DNA of 64,000 nucleotides from positions 1,746,712 to 1,810,711 of the forward strand of contig CBDAVG010000002.1 in NCBI GenBank assembly GCA_965200865.1, written 5' to 3'. The notes under the pieces were generated by a model. That model saw only the letters and a list, made by a program, of their open reading frames with translations, was not told the DNA's origin and ran no database searches. This document shows positions 49,583-57,456 of this stretch, piece after piece (position 1 is the first letter of the stretch; each line of letters opens with the position of its first letter). Source of the DNA: an uncultured candidatus Porisulfidus sp. Its GTDB lineage: Bacteria; Pseudomonadota; Gammaproteobacteria; Poriferisulfidales; Oxydemutatoraceae. The translations under genes were made by a program, and so were the position numbers.

Positions 49583-52539
49583 TTGAATCCTCTGGTTATG
49601 ATGTCTTTGAAAGAACGTTTTAAGTGCACCGCCTTATGCGATTGGTAACGCAACGAGGTGTCCGCACCTTGCTGTGTCGATTTTATCTGCGGTTCGTAGA
49701 GCGGCTGCACACCGTCACCGCTTCCGTTTGCAGGACTGATTTTGACACATAAATCGTACCATGCCGCTTGCCCAGTGACAGGGTCGGAATTAGAGGCCGG
49801 ACGGTCATACAAATCTTTGGGCAACAATTCATCTATCAAATGGTTCAACAAAAATCCTTCGGTAGCCTCGTTGGCATCTTCGGATAACCCCCATGCGCCA
49901 CGCGCCTTGCCTATGGCGTTCCACGTCCATACGGTATTTTCTTGGATGCCTTCCATCAATTTTATCTGCACACGAATTTTAGCGTTGCGCGATTCCACCC
50001 ACACCCACGACAGATCCTCAATACCCATCTGTTCGGCACGCTTGCGGTTCATATAAAGAAAGTTTCTTGCAATGATTTGCCTGAGCCATGGGTTTTGTGA
50101 ATCCCACGAATGATACATCATCATCGGTCGTTGGGTAATCGCATAAAAAGGATAATCGCGACTGTCGTGCACCTGTGGTGTTTGCTCCAGTGGAATGTAG
50201 TGTGAAGGCAAAGGGGCGCAGAAGGTTTTGATGCGCTCCCGATCCTTTTGCTGTGGCGGTTGTGGTCCGTCGTATAAACCCATCGCTGCCAAACGGAATT
50301 TTTGCAAAGTCTCCGAATAAAGCTCTATCACAACGGGTTCGGAGCTTCCGTTAAAGCCAGCCTCTTTTGCAAACTCCAGATAGTCTTTGTTGGCAAAGCG
50401 GTAAAAGCGCATATGTTCGGGCAACTCGTAATGCAGAAAACATTTGTTTTCAATGTAGTTTTCCCATTGTTTGGGGTTGGGTTCGCCTCGCAAGTGCTTG
50501 CTTCCGTCTGCCCCACGCCAGCCTGCTAGAAAACCAATCCCCGGGGCCTTCTCAAAGTTGATTATAAAGTCTTTGTAGTCTTTATATTTGGCACTGCCGT
50601 CCTCGTTCAAGAATGCCGGGAATTTTAATCGGGATGCCAGTTCAACCATGACTTCTTGCCAGGGTCTTGCGTCGCGATCTGGTTCTAGTACCGGGGCGCG
50701 TATAGAGTCGCAAATGGCATCAGGATCCGAGATCGGTCTATCCAACAGCGATATAGTATCGTAGCGTTCCAAATAGGTTGTGTCGGGTAGAACCAAATCG
50801 GCAAATTGCACCATCTCCGAGTTAAACGCATCTATGACTACCAAAAACGGGATTTTATATTCTCCGTCGGCATCTTTGGCTTTGAGCATATCTTGTATCT
50901 TGGCAACATTCATCGTTGAATTCCAACTCATATTCGCCATAAACAGCATCAGAGTATCTATCGTATAAGGATCGCCATTGGCTGCATTTGTTATCACGGT
51001 GTGCATCAGCCCGTGGTTAGCCAAAGGTGCTTCCCATGAATAGGCTTTATCTATGCGCAAAGGCTGCCCTTTATCGTCAATGACCAAGTCCTCAGGACAA
51101 GTAGGGAACCCCAGCGGAGGTGCGGGAAGAGCTTCGCCAGCTTTGCTTTGCTGTGCGGGTTTAATCGGCGGAGGAATATGCTTAGGATAAGGTGGCTTAG
51201 CCCGATGCGCTCCGGGGCAATCTATAGCACCGAGTAAAATTTGCAAGAAATGAATCGCTCGGCAAGTTTGAAAACCATTGGAGTGTGCCGAAATACCGCG
51301 CATCGCATGCATAGATACCGGCCGCCCGATAAAGCTATCGTGTTTTCTTCCCGCACTATCAACCCATTGGCATGGCACTTCTATAGTCTCTTGGAAAGCG
51401 ATATGCGCCATTTCAAGTGCCAAACGCTCTATCGTGTCGGCACTGACACCACAAACGGCGGCGGCGTGTTCGGGTGCATATTTTTCATCAAGATACTGTT
51501 CGGCGAGTGTTGTGAATACGGTTTTCAATTTAATGCCTTCTTCGCTCTGATATTCACCAAACAATGCAGGCTGTGTGCCGCGCATCGCCGCCTCCGCAAC
51601 ACTTTCTGCCTTTAGATCCCATATATACGGTTTGCCCTCGGCGTTGCGATAAACCAAACCATCGTTGGAAGCACCCGGATTATTGATTAGCAAATAAGGC
51701 GCATTGGTATAACGAACTAAAAATTCCCAGTCAAACAATTCGTTTTTCAATAGCACATGCACCATAGATAAGGCTAGCATTGCATCGCTACCGGGAATGA
51801 TAGGAACCCACTCGTCGGCAATGGCTTGATAGCCGGTGCGCACCGGATTGATGGCAACAAACTTGCTTCCTCGTCGCTTGAGTTTCTCTAGACCGATTTT
51901 AATCGGGTTGGAGGCATGGTCTTCGGCAACCCCCCAAAGCATAAAATACTTGGTGCGATCCCAGTCCGGTTCGCCGAATTCCCAAAACGAATATCCCATC
52001 GTATACAAACCGCCGGCGGCCATATTTACTGAGCAGAAACCACCGTGGGCTGCCCAGTTGATTGTTCCAAACTGTTGCGCCCATAATCCAGTTAGTGCCT
52101 GCATTTGATCGCGACCAGTGAAATAAGCGAGCTTTTTAGGATCACTTTTTCTAATTTTATCAAGCCGCTCAGTCAGAATGTCCAGTGCCTTCTGCCAACT
52201 AATTTCTTCAAACTCTCCGCTACCTCTTTCTGCGGTTGCCTTGCGTAGCATGGGCTTTTTGAGCTTGGCAGGTGAGCACTGCTTCATGATGCCAGCGTTG
52301 CCTTTGGCACATAACACACCACGGTTCACCGGATGTTCACGGGTGCCTTGTATAAAACGAATTTTGTTATCTTCCAACGTCACCTTAATCCCGCAACGAC
52401 AGGCACACATATAGCAAGTTGTATGCTTTATCTGTTGTTTAGCGTGATCTTCAAAACAAGGTAAGTTGCCGTCTTCGGCGGTATCGCCTGCAATTACTTT
52501 ATCGGGCAATGATTGCTCTCCACTTAAATGATTATCCAA
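49579..52539 (-). CDS. soeA: molybdopterin (bis-MGD) oxidoreductase catalytic subunit with no Tat signal, SoeA-like; candidate sulfite dehydrogenase (quinone)
   Basis: N-terminal 4Fe-4S motif CYMCACRCG...(27 aa)...C of the MopB superfamily. 986 aa with no twin-arginine leader. The 986/237/312 aa three-gene architecture matches cytoplasm-facing SoeABC. Confidence 0.7.
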   Translation of the reverse strand: MDNHLSGEQSLPDKVIAGDTAEDGNLPCFEDHAKQQIKHTTCYMCACRCGIKVTLEDNKIRFIQGTREHPVNRGVLCAKGNAGIMKQCSPAKLKKPMLRKATAERGSGEFEEISWQKALDILTERLDKIRKSDPKKLAYFTGRDQMQALTGLWAQQFGTINWAAHGGFCSVNMAAGGLYTMGYSFWEFGEPDWDRTKYFMLWGVAEDHASNPIKIGLEKLKRRGSKFVAINPVRTGYQAIADEWVPIIPGSDAMLALSMVHVLLKNELFDWEFLVRYTNAPYLLINNPGASNDGLVYRNAEGKPYIWDLKAESVAEAAMRGTQPALFGEYQSEEGIKLKTVFTTLAEQYLDEKYAPEHAAAVCGVSADTIERLALEMAHIAFQETIEVPCQWVDSAGRKHDSFIGRPVSMHAMRGISAHSNGFQTCRAIHFLQILLGAIDCPGAHRAKPPYPKHIPPPIKPAQQSKAGEALPAPPLGFPTCPEDLVIDDKGQPLRIDKAYSWEAPLANHGLMHTVITNAANGDPYTIDTLMLFMANMSWNSTMNVAKIQDMLKAKDADGEYKIPFLVVIDAFNSEMVQFADLVLPDTTYLERYDTISLLDRPISDPDAICDSIRAPVLEPDRDARPWQEVMVELASRLKFPAFLNEDGSAKYKDYKDFIINFEKAPGIGFLAGWRGADGSKHLRGEPNPKQWENYIENKCFLHYELPEHMRFYRFANKDYLEFAKEAGFNGSSEPVVIELYSETLQKFRLAAMGLYDGPQPPQQKDRERIKTFCAPLPSHYIPLEQTPQVHDSRDYPFYAITQRPMMMYHSWDSQNPWLRQIIARNFLYMNRKRAEQMGIEDLSWVWVESRNAKIRVQIKLMEGIQENTVWTWNAIGKARGAWGLSEDANEATEGFLLNHLIDELLPKDLYDRPASNSDPVTGQAAWYDLCVKISPANGSGDGVQPLYEPQIKSTQQGADTSLRYQSHKAVHLKRSFKDIITRGFK

Positions 52540-52569
52540 AGCATTGAATTTTACCCATTAGTAGAGATT

Positions 52570-53130
52570 AAAGCAAGGCGATATGGGGCTGTTGAAAAAA
52601 TATCCTTGAGCCGTAGAGGAGGGCTAACATGGGACTGTTGAAAAAGTGTCTGCATTAGTACATTCCCCTCCTGTGGAGGGGTGGCAGGCGAAGCCTGACG
52701 GGGTGGTTGTGGTGGTTCTGCACAAAGTCACGCCGTTTGTGCTACTGCAACAAACGGCGGTTCTATTTTTCAACAGCCTCACATGCCCTCCCTAAAGTAC
52801 CGTTCTGCACCAGGAGAACCGCTTGCGCCACTTGGTTTTGGTTCCCATAAATTGGATGGCGTACGAAGGATAATGTACGACAAGCAACCATGTTGAGGTT
52901 CTGCACAATGTCACGCCGATTGATTTTGATATATGTGATGTTTTTAACGAACACAGCATTTAGATTTTGCACAAAGTTACGCCACTTGACCTACTGGCTC
53001 AAGTGGCGGGTTCACTCGGCGATAATCGGCGATTCTACTTGTGCAGACGCAACGCGTTTCGGGAGGGCATGTTAGCCCTCCCCTACCAGTTGCGAGACTT
53101 TTTCAACAACCTCGACATGAGTTACCCGTG
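52570..53130. repeat. REP-like repeat cluster 15
   Basis: Multiple units: ggagggctaacatgggactgttgaaaaagtg, cccctcctgtggaggggtggcaggcgaagcctgacggggtgg, a cgccgtttgtgctactgcaacaaacggcgg hairpin and cacttgacctactggctcaagtggcgg. Confidence 0.85.
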
Positions 53131-53165
53131 CATAAGACGAGGATTTTCTGCATAGATTATTGCAG

Positions 53166-53597
53166 TCATCTAGGCGCAATCGTGTCGGGTACGCAACAGG
53201 CACTTTCGGCTTCCTGCACATCGTCCGAAAATATCTGTGCGTCTGCCATCGTGTGATAGGTTTCCCACACAATGCCGTTAGGGTCTTCTATCCATGACTT
53301 TTCAGACTTGGCGTAGCAACAAGTCGTTTCACCATCTCCGTATGTGCTGATATCGGCAGCCTCCATACGGGAACGCATCGCCTCCAACTCCTCGGTATGT
53401 TCGGTTTGAATACCCAAATGGTTAATGCTCTTTTTGTTTGAACGAGTAGAGATAGCAAAATTGACACGCGGGTCATCCAACATCCATTTTGCATAGTCCG
53501 ATTTGACTTTACTCGGCTCTGCACCAAACAAAGTAGAGTAAAACTTCACACTTTTGTCTATGTCTTCCACACCAACGTGGATATGTATACGCTTCAT
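53166..53597 (-). CDS. ArsI/CadI-family VOC (glyoxalase-fold) protein; possible organoarsenical C-As lyase
   Basis: Aligns with ArsI: MKRIHIHVGVEDIDKSVKFYSTLFGAEP...HLGIQ... and the vicinal Cys pair TTCCYAKSEKSWIEDPNGIVWETY. A second CC lies near the C-terminus. Confidence 0.7.
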   Translation of the reverse strand: MKRIHIHVGVEDIDKSVKFYSTLFGAEPSKVKSDYAKWMLDDPRVNFAISTRSNKKSINHLGIQTEHTEELEAMRSRMEAADISTYGDGETTCCYAKSEKSWIEDPNGIVWETYHTMADAQIFSDDVQEAESACCVPDTIAPR

Positions 53598-53643
53598 AAA
53601 TATCTCCTTTTATCGTGGTTGATAACAAACAATATCAAGATAG

Positions 53644-53717
53644 GATAGACGACAGGGCTTGAACCCATAGTCTCAGGAACCACAATCGTGCGCTCCATCA
53701 ACCGAACTACGCCTACC
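53644..53717 (-). tRNA. tRNA-His (GTG) with G-1:C73
   Basis: The reverse complement G|GTAGGCG TA GTTC GGTTGATG GAGC G CACGA TTGTGGT TCCTG AGACT ATGGG TTCAAGC CCTGT CGTCTAT C folds as a cloverleaf. All stems pair (several G-U wobbles), the anticodon is GUG, and the extra 5' G pairs with discriminator C, the hallmark of tRNA-His. The 3' end reads CCTA rather than CCA. Confidence 0.6.
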
Positions 53718-53888
53718 ATTTCCAACGCCATTATAAACTGGAACACTGAGGTTATTGTGACAAACATGGGACAAATAGCGGAAAATTTTCATGGTTTTGC
53801 AGGGTGTCAGGTCGCTTATGCTGACGGCTTGATCGGCGATACTTTTCGTGAGGCTAGTTTGGTGGTGAGCCTTGCTATGATAGAGGGG

Positions 53889-54704
53889 TTAGCTTTCTGT
53901 TGTAGTTTGATCACTTTCCTTGTTAATCCGAGGCGCATCCTTGTATGCTGTAGAAAGGTTCCAGAGAGAAAAATTTATTATTTGGCTATAAGGCATAATA
54001 AGCCCCGCTTCTTCTCCAAGCTCTTCTTTACTGAATACCGGATATCTATCAGTCCAATCAACTTTTCTTCGCTCATCTCTATATCCACTAATAATAGGCA
54101 CTATTTTAATTGCAGGTTCAATTCTTGAACTTTTTGTGTAATCAACTAATAGCCCAACATATACTTTGCGGTTACTCAATGTAACAAATATAAGTTTTCT
54201 ATGCCAAGAATAACAACAATTGTGAAATGTACTAGGTGTTGGATCATCAAAATAATTATTCCTGATCCAGGCAGAGAACCAACCTAATGCTGCAGAAAGA
54301 ATAATAGAAAAGAATAATTGAAGAAGCTCGTGAAACCATTGTTGTTTAGGAAAAATGTCTATTAAAACATAGTATGGTATCGCAAAAAACACCACCGCAA
54401 AAAGATATTCCCAGCCTTCTAATTGATAGTAGTTCCGGTTTATATATCTATTTATAGATCTGTTATAAAACCAGAGACCTACTATAGAAAGAATAACGGA
54501 AAAGAACAATTGAAGAAGTTCGTAAAACCATTTTTGTTTAGGGAAAACGTCTATTAAAACATAGTATGGTATCGCAAAAAACACCACCGCAAAAAGATAT
54601 TCCCAGCCTTCTAATTGGTAGTACTTCCGATTTATAGATCTGTTATAAAGCGAGAGACCTACTATGCCTGGAACAACCCAAATTAATAACTCTATATCAA
54701 ACAT
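53889..54704 (-). CDS. membrane protein with an internal tandem duplication and a soluble C-terminal domain of unknown function, in an AT-rich island
   Basis: 271 aa. The segment YNRSINR..YYQLEGWEYLFAVVFFAIPYYVLID.FPKQ.WF.ELLQLFFS.ILS occurs twice, with near-identical DNA. Confidence 0.6.
   Translation of the reverse strand: MFDIELLIWVVPGIVGLSLYNRSINRKYYQLEGWEYLFAVVFFAIPYYVLIDVFPKQKWFYELLQLFFSVILSIVGLWFYNRSINRYINRNYYQLEGWEYLFAVVFFAIPYYVLIDIFPKQQWFHELLQLFFSIILSAALGWFSAWIRNNYFDDPTPSTFHNCCYSWHRKLIFVTLSNRKVYVGLLVDYTKSSRIEPAIKIVPIISGYRDERRKVDWTDRYPVFSKEELGEEAGLIMPYSQIINFSLWNLSTAYKDAPRINKESDQTTTES
54296..54700. repeat. intragenic direct tandem duplication (2 copies, ~195-205 bp each, >90% identical) inside CDS 53889..54704
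   Basis: Both copies carry the same run of about 80 bp, gtctattaaaacatagtatggtatcgcaaaaaacaccaccgcaaaaagatattcccagccttctaattg. Confidence 0.8.
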
Positions 54705-54869
54705 TGAAAGTTATGTGTCATGTATCTACCAGACTTATGTCCAAAATCTATGCGTTTTTACAGAAAATACTGCTTTTTATAAGTGGTAGCAGTGTAAGGG
54801 ATTTTTTAGAAACTAAAACTATTTCTTAATTCATGGTGTTGAATCAAGGAATATAGAGAAAATAATTAT

Positions 54870-55145
54870 TTATTTACCTCCCTGACTATCAGGTATTAAT
54901 TTTTGAACTTCTTCTATTGCCGCTCTATTCTCTTCAATGATCTCACTGATTGGGCGAGGAATTTCGCCATAAGTTCCTTCAATGTGCATGATTTTATTAA
55001 ACCATCCCTTTTCTTTTTTCTTGGACACCTCCTCTATTATCCCCTCATAGGATTTTGTTTCAATAAGCTTACCCTCTTTATTAGCATCGCGGTAAGTTTC
55101 ATCCGAAGGGTCAACATTAAATTGGTCATTTATTTGGTAACTCAT
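54870..55145 (-). CDS. hypothetical 91 aa protein; candidate toxin partner (PanT-like) of the upstream Panacea-domain antitoxin
   Basis: Begins 4 bp after the stop of the Panacea-domain gene on the same strand. Sequence is charged and helical with no recognisable toxin motif. Confidence 0.45.
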   Translation of the reverse strand: MSYQINDQFNVDPSDETYRDANKEGKLIETKSYEGIIEEVSKKKEKGWFNKIMHIEGTYGEIPRPISEIIEENRAAIEEVQKLIPDSQGGK

Positions 55146-55148
55146 TTT

Positions 55149-55610
55149 CTATCCTTTTGCTTTATCCTTCAATTCACAAAAGTGATTTTTAATCACACTT
55201 TCGGGGATAGCTCTCCGAGGGAGCTTTTCACCTTTATATGTTTTATGCCATGGCGATCCTCTCTTATGAGTTAGAGCAGATAGTTCTACTCCTTTGTATT
55301 TTTTGTAATGATTTACTACAGCATTCACTAATTCTTTCATATCATCAGAAAAGTTAGCATCTTTATCGTTTGCAAGACCTTCAAGGCAATTAGAAGACAA
55401 TGAGCTGTCTTTATGCTTGAGCGCATAATATAGCTCTGGGATTACCGGGCCGTATCTCCACGCTTCAATATTCTCTCTAAATAATATTTCGTCATGGTAG
55501 GTTAAATACCACCCATACGATAAGTAGCACAGCTTGATTAGCTGCAATAAATCAAATCCTTCGTCGCGTTTTAATATATGATTTGCAACATTAAATACTG
55601 TCGTAGTCAT
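55149..55610 (-). CDS. Panacea-domain (DUF4065) antitoxin, SocA/PanA-like
   Basis: DLLQLIKLCYLSYGWYLTYHDEILFRENIEAWRYGPVIPELYYALK matches the DUF4065 core (KLqKLlY...gw.L.......lf.e.feAW.yGPV.p.lY). Confidence 0.7.
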   Translation of the reverse strand: MTTTVFNVANHILKRDEGFDLLQLIKLCYLSYGWYLTYHDEILFRENIEAWRYGPVIPELYYALKHKDSSLSSNCLEGLANDKDANFSDDMKELVNAVVNHYKKYKGVELSALTHKRGSPWHKTYKGEKLPRRAIPESVIKNHFCELKDKAKG

Positions 55611-56059
55611 TGCCAGTCGGTACTTCTAAAAAAAATGACAGATGTCTCCTTCCGAGACTACTGCCGGTAATGTTCAATTTATTAGTTTTTCTATATTTGA
55701 GTTTATTTGCCGGCTGTTTTAATTACTACTTGAAGTGTTGCCAGCTTTAATAGATTTATGTGTTGATATTATTATTATTATTTTGATTTGTTCTCTTTTA
55801 ATTAAATTTTTCATCTTGTTTCTCCGTAAGTAGTCATCTTAGGGTCTCTATATTGATAGGATTATAAGGCCTCTCAATATACTAATTTGTTCAAGATGTA
55901 AGGTTATTATGATTCGCACATTATGTCAAGGATTATTATGCGGGATGGCCTAATAATTTTCAATGAAAATGCACTGCATGTGGCCTATAAATGTTTGTAT
56001 ACAGGCTGTTTTTTTTATCATCGCCCGAAATTTGAGGGAAACTAATTATCATGCATTTT

Positions 56060-56135
56060 ATACATGCAGGGGGGCTATTATCCCCCCTACTCCCACGGTT
56101 GTCCCCCCGTCAGGCGGGGGCTACCCCCCCTTCAC
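56060..56135. repeat. diverged REP type-B unit with G/C-tract hairpins
   Basis: ggggggctattatcccccc, ccccccgtcaggcgggggctaccccccc and ttcacaggagggaaatg. Compare the canonical ccaccccgtcaggc...cccctccacaggaggggaatg. Confidence 0.5.
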
Positions 56136-56249
56136 AGGAGGGAAATGGCAATGGGGCGGCGGCTGAGGTAAGCACCCAACATGCGTGGGAAAGGGAGTTG
56201 TATCTTGAATAATGCCAGATACATATTGGACTCTTTAGAACCTAATCTT

Positions 56250-56279
56250 CCCGCTAGAAAAAGTACTTTTTCTAGCGGG
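56250..56279. repeat. perfect 30 nt palindrome (13 bp stem, GTAC centre) upstream of the IS481-family transposase
   Basis: cccgctagaaaaagtactttttctagcggg. It could be a hairpin terminator or insulator, or the IS end. Confidence 0.5.
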
Positions 56280-56308
56280 AAAACCCTCAAAAAATCAAGG
56301 TAGATAAC

Positions 56309-57354
56309 ATGAAATATCAACACCTCGGCTATCGCATTAAAGGGTTTTATAAAATAGCCTCTTTTGCTAATAAGTGGGAGGCTATGATGGCAACTGATGC
56401 TAAACAAAAACTTGAGGCTTTAGAGTTCTGGAAAAACATGGTTTAATTGCGGCTCTGGACTTTTCTAAGGTGAGCCGTGCGACCCTATATCTCTGGAGAA
56501 AGCACTTTGACGAGGGCGGCGTGTCGGCTTTGCAGGATGCAAGTAAAGCACCTCACCAGCACCGCCGTCGCAATTGGTCTACTCGCATCACTGACGAGAT
56601 TAGACGACTGCGATACAGCTATCCCAATATGGGTGCTCCGAAGATTTATTACTTCTTAAAGCCGTGGTGCGATGAACGAGGATTGAAGTGTCCGAAGCCT
56701 CGCACCATCGTACGATTGATTGCCGATGCACCCGATAAAATGCGCTGCTCACCGCCGACTATCTCTGGCAAAACACGCAAAAGCAAGGCTTCTAAGCCAC
56801 GCGATCGTATTGACAAAGATGCCAAAGCCCTATTTCCTGGAAACTGCGTGGCTATAGACACCATCCATTATTTCGTTGAGCAAACCCGCTATTATCTGTT
56901 TACTGCGATTGATCACTACAGCCGTTTTGCCATGGCTATCACGTGCCGACGTGCAAGCAGTAAAAATGCTGTGGCATTTGCAAAGTTGGTGCATATGGTA
57001 TTCCCTGACAACATCTCTCAGGTATTGACTGATAACGGCAGCAAGTTTCAGGGAGACTTCGATGCTTATCTACAACAACATAACATTAAACACTGTTATA
57101 CTTATCCTCGTTGCCCGAAAATGAATGCCATAGACGAGAGATTTAACCGCACTATTCAAGAGGAGTTTGTCGCACATAATGTGGATATTCTAGAGAAAGA
57201 TTTAGCATTGTTTAACGACGTATTATTTGAATATCTTGGGCGGTATAACTTCAGAAGACCGCACCAAAGCCTAGGCTATAAAACACCGGCACAACAGCTT
57301 GCTTCTTTTTGCCCTTATTTGTCTAATATGTCATGGCATCGTACATATCTTTGA
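56309..57354 (+). mobile_element. IS481-family transposase gene with a -1 frameshift at a GGAAAAAC run (~56440), either inactivated or recoded
   Basis: The N-terminal piece 56309..56446 (HTH: ...DAKQKLEALEFWK) continues in the -1 frame into ORF 56470..57354, whose integrase core has a DDE catalytic region including TDNGSKFQG. Confidence 0.75.
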
Positions 57355-57456
57355 CTGTATTGCTGCAAAGTGCTAGGATTAGCACATTTATACTATCATT
57401 TAGAAAAAGACCCAAATGCAAAATCATACTACTGCACGGACTAGTTAGGCGCAGAT

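Noticed and set aside
53688-54128. A 146 aa + strand ORF overlapping the tRNA-His and the 3' end of the membrane-protein gene.
   Set aside because: It is antisense to a tRNA and to a better-supported CDS and has no motif support.
55963-56166. A 67 aa Pro/Gly-rich ORF (PPTPTVVPPSGGGYPPFTGG).
   Set aside because: It arises from C/G homopolymer hairpins of a diverged REP-B unit, with no start context or coding periodicity.
56430-56450. Programmed -1 ribosomal frameshifting in the IS481 transposase.
   Set aside because: GGAAAAAC is not a canonical X XXY YYZ slippery heptamer and IS481-family transposases are normally single-ORF. A homopolymer indel (mutation or sequencing error) is the simpler explanation, so the feature is reported as frameshifted rather than recoded.
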